64,000 bases of DNA from Candidatus Poribacteria bacterium. GTDB taxonomy: Bacteria; Poribacteria; WGA-4E; PCPOR2b. The position numbers were made by a program, and so were the translations under genes. This document shows, one piece after another, positions 18,911-28,535 of the stretch (positions are counted from its first letter, which is position 1; each line of letters starts with the position of its first letter). Location of the stretch: the NCBI GenBank assembly GCA_965215015.1, contig OZ244042.1, forward strand, positions 5,722,016 to 5,786,015, given 5' to 3'. The notes beneath the pieces are model-generated. The model was given only the letters and a program-made list of their open reading frames with translations, was not told the origin of the DNA and did not search any database.

Positions 18911-19942
18911 ATGATGAGCAACGAAAAATTACGGGCGGGCGTTATCGGTTGCGGCCTGGGAGCGTATCATGGATACGCCTACGCCAATGCCTCCGAATTT
19001 GAACTTATCTCAGTCTGTGATCTGAAACCTGATGTCCTTGACAACTTCTTTGAGCGCTCAAAGATTACCCGCGGTTCTGTCCGCGAGTACACCGACTATC
19101 GCGCCATGCTCGAAAAGGAGAATCTGGATGTCGTCAGTGTGGCGACGCCGGACGATTATCACACCAATCCGGTCTGTGACGCATCGGACGCCGGGGTCAA
19201 GGGGATTCTCTGTGAGAAACCGCTGACAATCAACCTTGAAGATGCCGATCGGATTATTGAAACAGTTGAACGAAACGAAACCAAGATGTCGGTGGATCAT
19301 ACACGGAGCTGGCTGCCGCTATACCAAGGGGTACGAACCGCGGTCCGGGAGGGTGAAATCGGTGGACTGACCCGCATTATCGCACACATGGGAGGGCGTC
19401 GATCAATGCTTTTCCGTAATGGCACGCATCTCATCGATGCAGTCTGCTACTTCGCTGATGCGGACCCGGTCTGGCTCATCGCCGCACACGAGCAAGGCTT
19501 TGAAGATTACGGACTTGAGTATAAGGGGGAAGGTGGGAGAAATCCTGACCTCGATCCAGCATCGTCAATTATCATTGAATTTGCCAACGGGGTGCGCGGC
19601 ATTGTGAACAGTGCCAAGATGACGCCCGCCGGTTGCGAATTCGATCTTCAAGGACCAAATGGGCGCTACGTTTTGAACGACAACCATTGCAAAGCGTGGA
19701 AGACAGATCAGCCTGAGGGAACAGCGACGGAAGCACAGGCACCTCAAGGTGAAACCTACGGGAATTTCTTCGGCGATGCTTTGATTCATCCTGTCCGGGA
19801 ACTTGCCCAGATGGTTTGGAACGATGTGTCGAGTAGTTCACCACCACGCCGCGCCCGACATACACTGGAAATTATGTTAGGGGCATTGCAATCACAATCA
19901 CGTGACAGCGCGAAAATTCACTTGCCTCTGCCGCGGGCTTAA
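18911..19942 (+). CDS. Gfo/Idh/MocA-family oxidoreductase
   Basis: GVIGCGLGAYHGY Rossmann motif, EKP (LCEKPL) and the C-terminal domain. GAGGTG RBS. Confidence 0.85.
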   Translation: MMSNEKLRAGVIGCGLGAYHGYAYANASEFELISVCDLKPDVLDNFFERSKITRGSVREYTDYRAMLEKENLDVVSVATPDDYHTNPVCDASDAGVKGILCEKPLTINLEDADRIIETVERNETKMSVDHTRSWLPLYQGVRTAVREGEIGGLTRIIAHMGGRRSMLFRNGTHLIDAVCYFADADPVWLIAAHEQGFEDYGLEYKGEGGRNPDLDPASSIIIEFANGVRGIVNSAKMTPAGCEFDLQGPNGRYVLNDNHCKAWKTDQPEGTATEAQAPQGETYGNFFGDALIHPVRELAQMVWNDVSSSSPPRRARHTLEIMLGALQSQSRDSAKIHLPLPRA

Positions 19943-20010
19943 GAATACTGGTAACCGTTCAAGGGGTATTGTCTAATCATATACACTAACCTGTAGGAGG
20001 TAGTTCTTAC

Positions 20011-21084
20011 ATGTTTAGGAAAAAGGGGCGTCATCACGGGGGGCATCACCATCACTACCATCATGGACATGGTCACGGCCACCACGACCATAGTGGCCAC
20101 AGCCCTGACCATGACGAACACGGTCATACACACGGCGTCATTGACCCGTCCATTATAACTACAGAGCGCGGCATCTGGGCAATAAAGTGGTCCTTCTTAG
20201 GATTGATGGTAACCGCGCTGTTACAGGTTGGCGTGGTTGTGATTTCCGGGAGTGTTGGACTGCTGGCTGACACGATCCACAACTTTGGCGATGCAGCAAC
20301 TGCAATCCCGTTGTGGATTGCTTTTTCCTTTGCCCGATTAAAACCGAGCAAACGGTTCACCTACGGCTATGGGCGTGTCGAGGACTTGGCGGGTATCGCT
20401 ATTGTACTTACGATACTGTTCAGTGCGGTCGTTGCAGGATGGGAATCAATTAATCGCTTCTTTAACCCTAAAACCGTTGAACACCTTTGGGTTGTTGCTG
20501 CCGCATCGGTGACCGGTTTCATAGGCAATGAAGGGGTTGCAATATTGCGGATTAAAGTTGGGAAAGAGATTGGGAGTGCTGCACTTATTGCGGATGGCTA
20601 CCATGCGCGCGTTGATGGTTGGACCAGCCTCGCCGTGTTGGCGGGGGCGATTGGGATATGGTTCGGCTATCCGCTTGCAGACCCCATCGTCGGGGTGCTT
20701 ATTACCATTGCGATTTTTGGGATTGTGTTGCAATCGGGAAAAGCGGTATTTACCCGTCTATTGGACGGTGTGGAGACTGACGTAATTGATGAGATAAATC
20801 ATGCTGCTCACCATGTTGAGGGAGTTGAGGAGGTAACAGATATTCGCAGCCGCTGGATTGGGCACCGCCTACATGCGGAAGTGAATATCGCCGTAACGCC
20901 ACACCTCTCGGTTGCTGAAGGACATGCAATAGCAAAAGAGGTTCAACATCAGCTTTTCCATCACCTGAGCTATCTGTCGAGGGCGGTTATTCATATCGAC
21001 CCGGTCGAAGAATCTGGCGAACATCACCACAGTATTATGGAACATCATCATGACGGTTTACCAACTCACTCACATGTTGTGTAG
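20011..21084 (+). CDS. cation diffusion facilitator (CDF) family divalent-metal efflux transporter with His-rich N- and C-termini
   Basis: Six TM helices with HxxxD-type sites (LLADTIHNFGD; HARVDGW), a C-terminal cytoplasmic domain, and a poly-His/Gly N-terminus (HHGGHHHHYHHGHGHGHH). Confidence 0.85.
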   Translation: MFRKKGRHHGGHHHHYHHGHGHGHHDHSGHSPDHDEHGHTHGVIDPSIITTERGIWAIKWSFLGLMVTALLQVGVVVISGSVGLLADTIHNFGDAATAIPLWIAFSFARLKPSKRFTYGYGRVEDLAGIAIVLTILFSAVVAGWESINRFFNPKTVEHLWVVAAASVTGFIGNEGVAILRIKVGKEIGSAALIADGYHARVDGWTSLAVLAGAIGIWFGYPLADPIVGVLITIAIFGIVLQSGKAVFTRLLDGVETDVIDEINHAAHHVEGVEEVTDIRSRWIGHRLHAEVNIAVTPHLSVAEGHAIAKEVQHQLFHHLSYLSRAVIHIDPVEESGEHHHSIMEHHHDGLPTHSHVV

Positions 21085-21196
21085 TGTACAGATTGGGAGT
21101 CAACCGTTATCGGCCATGAGCTTTTTCAGCAGTCCGGCTACACGCAAGTTCGGCTGTCAGAAAGGGAAGTGTTGGGGCAATACAAAGGGATATGTT

Positions 21197-21262
21197 ATGA
21201 AACGGACAATAGTTTTGTTGAGCGTGGGTTTGATGATACTTTTATCGGGATGTGGAGAATAG
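21197..21262 (+). pseudogene. remnant of a lipoprotein gene: intact RBS, ATG and lipobox signal peptide (MKRTIVLLSVGLMILLSGC), then a stop 2 codons later
   Basis: AAGGGA RBS, a canonical LSGC lipobox, then GE-stop. Most simply the 5' stub of a deleted or disrupted gene. Confidence 0.35.
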
Positions 21263-21329
21263 GAGTTACGCACTTGAGTTTGTAGTCAGGCGATTCAATC
21301 CGCGTCGTAATAGATGGTAAATTGCCCGA

Positions 21330-21362
21330 CATTAGTAGGCATACGGAATATGCCTACTAATG
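21330..21362. repeat. perfect palindrome with 14-bp arms and a 5-nt spacer: CATTAGTAGGCATA cggaa TATGCCTACTAATG
   Basis: Read directly. No T-run on either side, so it is not a canonical terminator. It lies in a 400-nt gene-poor gap next to the lipoprotein stub. Confidence 0.5.
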
Positions 21363-21667
21363 TGCCAATGACGGCACGGCGGAGCGTGCTTACTACTTTG
21401 GGATAAACTGTCGCTGCCCGATTCATCGGGTGTTGCGAGGCATGTCCCTCGGTGATCAATCGCCGAGGATACCCTGACTCTAGCGTAATAGAATACCAGA
21501 CACTGTCGTGCCACACTATTGGCTCCATCCGCCCGGCACATTGCGCGAGAGTCCGGGGATTTTCAACCAACGATGAACATTGCACGACCTTTTCTGGTGT
21601 TGGTTTCAAAGGGTCAACTAGGTAAATCCTAACTGTTTAAAAACACACTTCAAGGAGAGAATAGTAA

Positions 21668-23209
21668 ATGCAGCATCTGGAACCAGTAGATATGCTGAGT
21701 CATATCCAACTGGGGTTGAATTCGCTTGTAGGGGGCCTTGATCCGACGAATAAACACATGCCGTATTGGTCTATCGGCTTTGCTGAAGGACAGTTAAAAG
21801 CGTTTAGTCACTCCGGCGCATGGGACTGGTGTCACGCTGTCGCCAGAGCCATTCATGCTATCGGCATGGTGGAGCGCGCCACCGGGGAATGCGTCGACGA
21901 AGCCATTTGGACGGATCTCGGCGATCTCCAGATTGCTCTGTTCGATAAAGCGGACAACCTGCCCGGTACAGCGGATAACGATACAGGTGAACGTTTTGTC
22001 CATCTCCACAACATACGGGAATCCACACACGCCCTGAATAGTCTCATTCGTCGCGGCGATGAGCGGGCACGGGAGTGGAGTCGGCGGATGATTCGGACCG
22101 TCCGTGCTGCACTGGACGCCGACGGTGCTATCCAACTTGACCGCCTTCCCTCTTACGTCTCAGAATATAATCACCAACCGTCGCAGGAAGGTCGTGCCGT
22201 TGATGCACTAATTCGGAACTATCGCATCACAAACGATGAAGCTGCCTTAGAATTGGCGGGACTCATGACTTCCTATGCGCTGGAACACTGTTTTACACCC
22301 GAAGGCGGGCTTAAAGAAGAAGCGGGGACACATGGCCACTCCCTCAACGCCATGGTTGCCGGGATGCTTGACTTCGCACTCCTCACCAACGATGCAAATC
22401 TGTTGAGCAGAGTCAAAGCCATCTACGATGTCGGCTGTCCACGCTTCAATAGCAGTTTCGGTTGGTCGATGGAATCGCTGCATAAATTTAACCCGCGCGG
22501 CGAATCCAACAACACCGGCGACCTGTTGCGTGCGACCCTACTTTTGGGACTCGCCGGCTGGCACAACTACTTCGAGGATGCAGAACGTATACTTCGCGGA
22601 CATCTTCTGCCTTCGCAGGTTATTGATGTGGATGATCTACCCGACAATCCTGATGAAGCGGATGATAGCCTTCATCGCCGCGCCTCACGTTTGCGCGGCG
22701 GTTTTAGCTTCCCAACGCCCAATGATTACCTGCTCCATCCAGACGCGACTATTACAACGTATGATATTACGTCCGGTGCCGTGGATGGGATGTGCGAAGC
22801 CTTGTCGTCCATCATTACTTCAGATGCTGCTGGTGTACGCGTCAATCTGCTATTCAGCCATGAGGCGGAAGGGGTGCGTCTTACCAGTCATCTTTCTCGA
22901 ATAGGACAGCTTGAGATTGAGAACCGAAGTGGGCGGCCTCTGCTGGTGCGTATCCCGTCTTGGGTAGATAAGCAAGACGTTTGTCTGAAAGTAAACGGTG
23001 TGAAGTCTCCGAAAATATTCATCCAGTCATATCTACTTAATACTGGGAATGAGATTCCTTCATCCAGTCTTATTACTTTTCCGATGCGCGAAACACGGAC
23101 CGTAGAGAGCGTATGCTTTGAAAACTATACCATTGATTGGCGGGGGGACCAGATTATCGCTATGTCGCCACCGGCGAAGCATCGGCCGATGTTTCCACCA
23201 TGCGAATAG
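21668..23209 (+). CDS. hypothetical protein (513 aa), possibly an alpha/alpha-toroid (six-hairpin) fold enzyme; no family assigned
   Basis: Strong AAGGAG RBS. Its stop is 34 nt before the ABC exporter. Repetitive helical-hairpin-like composition, no signal peptide. Confidence 0.55.
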   Translation: MQHLEPVDMLSHIQLGLNSLVGGLDPTNKHMPYWSIGFAEGQLKAFSHSGAWDWCHAVARAIHAIGMVERATGECVDEAIWTDLGDLQIALFDKADNLPGTADNDTGERFVHLHNIRESTHALNSLIRRGDERAREWSRRMIRTVRAALDADGAIQLDRLPSYVSEYNHQPSQEGRAVDALIRNYRITNDEAALELAGLMTSYALEHCFTPEGGLKEEAGTHGHSLNAMVAGMLDFALLTNDANLLSRVKAIYDVGCPRFNSSFGWSMESLHKFNPRGESNNTGDLLRATLLLGLAGWHNYFEDAERILRGHLLPSQVIDVDDLPDNPDEADDSLHRRASRLRGGFSFPTPNDYLLHPDATITTYDITSGAVDGMCEALSSIITSDAAGVRVNLLFSHEAEGVRLTSHLSRIGQLEIENRSGRPLLVRIPSWVDKQDVCLKVNGVKSPKIFIQSYLLNTGNEIPSSSLITFPMRETRTVESVCFENYTIDWRGDQIIAMSPPAKHRPMFPPCE

Positions 23210-23242
23210 CACGCCGATAGGCTGTCACCTAAAGCAGAGAGT

Positions 23243-25534
23243 GTGACTACTTACGATAGGTTAGATAAGGTTATGACGAAGTTGCTTGAACAGATGTCTG
23301 ATACAGTCAGGCAGAAAATTCAGAATGTGCTGACTCATGAAGAAGAGGAGTTCATTCGTGTTTCCACCGATCTGAATCCTGATGGAAACTTTGGAGAGCA
23401 GTGGATCGTCGTCACGGATAAGCGAGTGATTGTGGTGCCTGTTGCTTTGAATCCCGATCCCATCGGGACGGAAGGGACCAACGGGTTGGTTGATGTACCA
23501 ATCAAGGAATTGGTAGGTGTCCAGATCGAACCCTTAGTCGGAGGGGGACGCTTGGAAATCGAAAGAGAAAAGCAGGGAACCCTCTTCGTTCCTTACTCTA
23601 GCTCGCTTGCCGAGAAGTTTTCTGAGGTCGCACGTGGGCTTGAGCAAATTCGCCAACAAGACGAATTTTTGATTAAAACGGAGCTTGACCAGACACGATG
23701 CTCCAAATGTGGCAGGTTGTTGCCTGAGAAGAACGGAATCTGTACAGCTTGTATCCGTCGGTTGGCGACATTAGGGCGAATTGCCAGTTATTTGAAACCC
23801 TATAAGTGGCGTGCGGGGCTCTTGGCAATCGTTTCACTGGTAACCATCGTTTCAGATCTTGCCCCACCGCAGGTGATACGGCATATCGTTGACGATGTCT
23901 TCTTTCCACCAGAGGGAACGGCTAATAGCATCGATGATAGAATGGCACTTCTGGGGTTGTTCGTGCTGGCGTTAATCGGTGCTCGCCTGCTGCGTTGGGT
24001 TTCGGAGTTGGTGCACGGCTGGACAGTCAGCTGGTTGAGTGCACGGGTGACAGCAGATATTCGCAGCCATCTGTATCGGCGGTTAGAGATGCTTTCAATC
24101 CAATTTTACGACCAGCGTAGGGTGGGAGCCCTGATGTCTCGTGTGACGCGGGACAGCGACATGCTGCGGGAGTTTCTGGTTGATGGGCTGCCCTACTTGG
24201 TAATCAATACCCTGATGATTTTCGGCATACTCGGTTTTCTGTTTTGGATGCATTGGCAACTTACCCTTTTCATATTAATTCCCATCCCGCTCATCATCAT
24301 CTGGGGCAGATTCTTCTGGCGACGGATGCGACGAATGTTCAACAAGCATAACCAGGGCTGGGCGCATCTCAGTGCACAACTAAACGAGGCTCTTGCCGGT
24401 ATTCATGTCGTAAAAGCTTTTGCTCAAGAAGTTCGCGAAATACGGGAATTTGAGAAGAGGAACACCGATTTGATGCTGATTGCTAGGAAAACCGCACGGC
24501 ACTGGTTCGTATTCTTCGCAGTAACGAGTTTCCTGACCGGAGGCGGGAGCTTGATCATTTGGCTGGCTGGAGGGGTGGAGGTACTAAGAGAAAACTTAAC
24601 CCTCGGCACCCTCACGGCATTTTCCAGTTATATGTGGCTCGTCTACGGACCGTTGGAGTGGTTCAGCCGGGTCAATAGCTGGATGACACGCGCTTTTGCC
24701 GGTGCAGAACGTATTTTCGAGGTGATTGACGCTCCACCCGAAGCTTACAATGATCCGGAGGCAACCTCACTCACAAAAATAAAAGGACAGGTCACTTTTA
24801 AGGATGTTACCTTCGGCTATGACAAGAGCAAACCGGTCCTCCACGAAGTGGACCTTGAGGTTGCACCGGGGGAGATGATTGGGCTCGTGGGCAAATCCGG
24901 AGTGGGCAAAACAACCACTGTGAACCTCATCGCCCGGTTCTACGATACAGACCGCGGCACCATTGAAATTGACGGTGTGGATGTGCGCAAAATCCGTCTA
25001 GAAGACCTACGCCGTCAGATCGGTATCGTGCCACAAGAACCGTATCTTTTTAGTGGAACAATTGCCGAGAACATTGGATATGGTCAGCCGGGGGCGACTT
25101 TTGAGGAGATTATGCAGGCAGCACAAACGGCGAATGCACACAATTTTATCGTAGCAAAGGCGGATGGCTACGACACAAATGTCGGAGAACGGGGAAACAA
25201 TCTGTCGGGTGGAGAAAAGCAGCGGGTCTCTATCGCTCGCGCTATCCTGCACAACCCGAAAATCCTTATTCTGGATGAAGCAACCTCGTCGGTGGATGTG
25301 GAGACCGAAAAAGAGATTCAAGAGGCTGTCACCCGGCTAATTGAAAATCGGACAACCTTTGCTATTGCTCATCGACTTTCGACGCTACGGAACGCTAACC
25401 GACTGGTAGTCCTCGATGGCGGAAGAATCGTAGAGGCCGGCACACACAGTGAATTGATGGAGAAGAAGGGTGTGTTTTACGACCTTGTTGAGTTACAGCA
25501 ACAAACCTCTGAAATTATAGGAATCAGAGAGTAA
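23243..25534 (+). CDS. ABC exporter (fused TMD-NBD) with an N-terminal extension of about 190 aa carrying a bPH-like (YdbT-like) domain and a CxxC-x14-CxxC zinc ribbon
   Basis: Walker A GKSGVGKTT, signature LSGGEKQRVSIARA, Walker B ILILDEATS. A six-helix exporter TMD. The N-terminus has EQWIVVTDKRVIVV...GGGRLEIE and CSKCG...CTAC. The start is uncertain: GTG at 23243 or ATG at 23273. Confidence 0.75.
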   Translation: MTTYDRLDKVMTKLLEQMSDTVRQKIQNVLTHEEEEFIRVSTDLNPDGNFGEQWIVVTDKRVIVVPVALNPDPIGTEGTNGLVDVPIKELVGVQIEPLVGGGRLEIEREKQGTLFVPYSSSLAEKFSEVARGLEQIRQQDEFLIKTELDQTRCSKCGRLLPEKNGICTACIRRLATLGRIASYLKPYKWRAGLLAIVSLVTIVSDLAPPQVIRHIVDDVFFPPEGTANSIDDRMALLGLFVLALIGARLLRWVSELVHGWTVSWLSARVTADIRSHLYRRLEMLSIQFYDQRRVGALMSRVTRDSDMLREFLVDGLPYLVINTLMIFGILGFLFWMHWQLTLFILIPIPLIIIWGRFFWRRMRRMFNKHNQGWAHLSAQLNEALAGIHVVKAFAQEVREIREFEKRNTDLMLIARKTARHWFVFFAVTSFLTGGGSLIIWLAGGVEVLRENLTLGTLTAFSSYMWLVYGPLEWFSRVNSWMTRAFAGAERIFEVIDAPPEAYNDPEATSLTKIKGQVTFKDVTFGYDKSKPVLHEVDLEVAPGEMIGLVGKSGVGKTTTVNLIARFYDTDRGTIEIDGVDVRKIRLEDLRRQIGIVPQEPYLFSGTIAENIGYGQPGATFEEIMQAAQTANAHNFIVAKADGYDTNVGERGNNLSGGEKQRVSIARAILHNPKILILDEATSSVDVETEKEIQEAVTRLIENRTTFAIAHRLSTLRNANRLVVLDGGRIVEAGTHSELMEKKGVFYDLVELQQQTSEIIGIRE

Positions 25535-25595
25535 CAGCAGCGGGTTAGACTAAACAACATTCCTCATTTATCAACTTAAGAAAGGGATACCAACT

Positions 25596-26666
25596 ATGGC
25601 AACAACACATAGATTTCAAGCAAGGCACCTGCATTCTATCACACGACGGATATTTGTCGCAGCAGGTGCAACCCGCCACATCGCTGACGATGTGGCAGAA
25701 ATTCTGGTCAACGCGAACCTCGCTGGACACGATTCACACGGCGTACTTCGCATTCCTGCGTATCTGCGTAGCATTGAAGGTGGTGGGCTTGTCCCCAATG
25801 TGGAACCAGAAGTCGCTAGAGAGACTATTAATACCATGGTCTTCGATGGGAAAAACTGTTTTGGTCACTACATCGCTCGACAGGCGATGAACCGCGTAAT
25901 TGAGAAAGCAAAAGCAGCAGATATGTGCAGCGTAAGTATCATCAACACCGGTCACATAGGGCGGCTAGGTGAGTATGCGGAAGCGGCGGCGGCTGCCGGC
26001 TGTATCGGCATTATTACCACCGGCGGGGGCGGGCGAATGCAGGGAATTACAGTGCCCTTTGGCGGTGCCGGCGGTGCGACGGGCACCAACCCGATTGCTG
26101 TCGGTGTTCCAACTGGTGACAATGCTCCTTTTGTCATTGATATTGCCACTAGCATGATTGCCGAGGGCAAAATCCAGGTCGCACGAAGCAAAGGCGAAGA
26201 CCTACCCGAAGGCTACATAGTAGACAAGGGCGGAAATCCGAGCGTCAAACCTGCGGACTTTTACGATAGCGGATTCCTCTTACCCTTTGGTTTGCACAAA
26301 GGCTATTCAATTGGCTTGCTGGTCTGTCTACTTGGGGGATTATCCGGCACTTTTGATATTGAAAAGGGCACAATGGGTGGCTGTTTTATGCAGGTGATAA
26401 ATGTCAATGCACTGACACCGTTGGAGGAATATCAACAGGGGGTGCGTGCCTTCCTAGATGGTATCAAGTCAATCCCTCCCGCGCCGGGCTTTAACGAAGT
26501 GCTCGTCCCTGGCGACTTTGAACATCGGAATCGCACCCAGCGTCTGGATGACGGACTTGAGATTCCCGATACTATCTGTCAGCAGATTTCGGAGTGTGCA
26601 GAAAAACTTGGTGTTTCAATGAGCGAAGATGCGGTTGAAGCTGCCGACGCCGAGCGGTACGAATAA
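25596..26666 (+). CDS. Ldh_2 family (malate/L-lactate/ureidoglycolate/sulfolactate dehydrogenase-like) NAD(P)H-dependent oxidoreductase
   Basis: 356 aa with family hallmarks (GHDSHG, the TGHIGRLG region and glycine-rich segments). AAAGGGA RBS. Confidence 0.75.
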   Translation: MATTHRFQARHLHSITRRIFVAAGATRHIADDVAEILVNANLAGHDSHGVLRIPAYLRSIEGGGLVPNVEPEVARETINTMVFDGKNCFGHYIARQAMNRVIEKAKAADMCSVSIINTGHIGRLGEYAEAAAAAGCIGIITTGGGGRMQGITVPFGGAGGATGTNPIAVGVPTGDNAPFVIDIATSMIAEGKIQVARSKGEDLPEGYIVDKGGNPSVKPADFYDSGFLLPFGLHKGYSIGLLVCLLGGLSGTFDIEKGTMGGCFMQVINVNALTPLEEYQQGVRAFLDGIKSIPPAPGFNEVLVPGDFEHRNRTQRLDDGLEIPDTICQQISECAEKLGVSMSEDAVEAADAERYE

Positions 26667-26919
26667 AGCGTGAAACGTGATACGTAAGAAGTAGATGCTA
26701 TGAAGGCGTTATTTTTTTTACGTTGGACTTTTCACGGGCTCTAAGCATTTTTGTGCATATCAAAAGAAAGTGCAAAGAAAAATATCTGGAACCTGGTGCA
26801 ACAGTGTCTGGTATTTTATCGCCCCATAGTATCTGGTGTTCTATAGCGTAACAGACTTGGTATTTTCAATTTACCAAGAACCATAGTCTAACACGATTGG
26901 TATTTGACCCCGAGTTTCT

Positions 26920-26968
26920 CCGAAAAAAAACCGGGGTCTTTGCACTATTTCTTAACATGAGCGAACAT
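26920..26968 (+). repeat. intergenic motif copy 2: CCGAAAAAAAACCGGGGT then CTTTGCACTATTTCTTAACATGAGCGAA
   Basis: Second copy of the 3464-3530 motif, same orientation. It lies 40 nt upstream of the small zinc-ribbon membrane gene and downstream of GGTATTT direct repeats. Confidence 0.4.
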
Positions 26969-27007
26969 TTTTTGATACAATTTTAATCTGGGGCGGGCTA
27001 ACTGATT

Positions 27008-27304
27008 ATGCTATTTTTCATTATTTGGATTATTTGTATACCCCTGATAATCTGGGTTGTTCTACAGATTATTTCCAGACGGAGAGGGAACGGAGAAGCC
27101 GATCCCGGCGTTCAACTTGAGGAATGTGCAATCTGCCATGAAGAGTTTCCGATGGATACGCTGCTAGAGAAAGAGGTCGGCGGCTATAGCCGAGTTTACT
27201 GTTTTTGCGGCGACTGTATTGAACAGCTGCGCCTCGAATATCAGGCAAAGGTGGGACGCAGAGATGAGGAGAATAAGCAAGTCAGTGAGTCCACACCCTT
27301 ATAA
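27008..27304 (+). CDS. small membrane-anchored zinc-ribbon protein (N-terminal TM helix; CAICHEEF...CFCGDC)
   Basis: 98-aa ORF. Hydrophobic N-terminus then two CxxC pairs. Weak RBS. Coding status is plausible but unproven. Confidence 0.4.
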   Translation: MLFFIIWIICIPLIIWVVLQIISRRRGNGEADPGVQLEECAICHEEFPMDTLLEKEVGGYSRVYCFCGDCIEQLRLEYQAKVGRRDEENKQVSESTPL

Positions 27305-27426
27305 ATTGCGTTCAAGTGTTTGCTGAACCACTGAATGGTTGAACGCAATCTGCTCCACTGAATACATCACACAATTTTGCGGTTCATGCCGATTTCACTA
27401 GGATGAACCCCACGAAGGAGGTCAAT

Positions 27427-28470
27427 ATGTACGATTTGGTTACATTTGGCGAAGCGATGATACGGCTCACTTCGCCTGAGTTTAGGCGGCTTGAGCAGAC
27501 GTCGACACTATTGATGGACGCTGGCGGGGCGGAGCTAAATGTCGCAGTCAATGGGGCTCAGTTAGGACTGCACACCGCCTGGGTTTCTCGCTTGGTTGAT
27601 AACTGGTCGGGGAAATTCATTGCTAACAAGGGGCGTGAGTTAGGCGTCGATATGTCTCATGTTATGTGGACACCGTTTGACGGCGTTGGGCTAGAACGGA
27701 ACGGTTTCTATCATGTCGAATTAAGCGCCGGTCCCCGTGCTAGCACCGTTACCTACGACCGCGGCTATTCAGCAATCTCAAATGTCCAACTCGGTGAAAT
27801 CAATTGGGCACAGATTTTTGACAGTGCACGCTGGTTCCATCTGAGCGGCATCACTCCCGCACTATCTGAGTCCGCAGCGGCGGTAACCAAAGAAGCACTT
27901 CAGGCAGCACGCGCCGCAGACGTAAAAACAAGTTACGACCTAAATTTCCGGTCAAAGCTGTGGAGTGCAGAACAAGCCCAGGCCGCGAATCACGAAATGA
28001 TGAAGCACGTCTGTGTGCTCATCGGCAACGAAGAGGATTTTGAGATGGCACTCGGCTTCAAAGCGGAGGGCACAACTGAAAGCTTCAGCCAACTTGACCC
28101 GGAGAGCTATAAAGAGGTTGCCCAACGGGTTTGCAAGGCATTCCCCAATATCGAAATGATTGGCACCACCTTGCGCGACGCAAAAACCGGTTGGCTGAAC
28201 GATTGGCGCACGCTCCTGTTCGACGGATCGGACTTCTATCTATCACGCATCTACGAAAACCTCGAACTAGTCGATCGCGTTGGGGGCGGCGATAGTTTTT
28301 CCGCGGGCTTAATCTATAGCCTACTCAACGGTAAATCACTCCAAGAAGCGGTTGATTTCGGTGGCGGTTACTCCGCGCTAGCACACACCTTCCCCGGCGA
28401 TTTCAATTGGGCAACTGCCGAAGAAGCTGAAAAAGCGATGCAGGCGGGCAGCGTCAGAATTAGACGCTAG
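27427..28470 (+). CDS. PfkB-family sugar kinase (2-dehydro-3-deoxygluconokinase-like; start trimmed to MYDLVTFGE)
   Basis: TFGEAM N-terminal box and the GGGDSFSAG PfkB signature near the C-terminus. GAAGGAGG RBS before the ATG at 27427. Confidence 0.8.
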   Translation: MYDLVTFGEAMIRLTSPEFRRLEQTSTLLMDAGGAELNVAVNGAQLGLHTAWVSRLVDNWSGKFIANKGRELGVDMSHVMWTPFDGVGLERNGFYHVELSAGPRASTVTYDRGYSAISNVQLGEINWAQIFDSARWFHLSGITPALSESAAAVTKEALQAARAADVKTSYDLNFRSKLWSAEQAQAANHEMMKHVCVLIGNEEDFEMALGFKAEGTTESFSQLDPESYKEVAQRVCKAFPNIEMIGTTLRDAKTGWLNDWRTLLFDGSDFYLSRIYENLELVDRVGGGDSFSAGLIYSLLNGKSLQEAVDFGGGYSALAHTFPGDFNWATAEEAEKAMQAGSVRIRR

Positions 28471-28535
28471 GTGTTTGAAATACCTCGCTTTCCCAAACCG
28501 GGCTTCATCTCATCACCGATTGGCTCATCGGTTTT

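Noticed and set aside
21295-21609. 104-aa minus-strand ORF spanning the palindrome
   Set aside because: It has no RBS and no homology, and it contains the 14-bp palindrome and several other hairpins. It is more likely non-coding remnant sequence.
21668-23209. LanC-like lanthionine cyclase assignment for the 513-aa protein
   Set aside because: WCH, GxHG and GC motifs are present, but in the wrong order and spacing relative to the LanC zinc ligands (His212, Cys284, Cys330/His331 in NisC).
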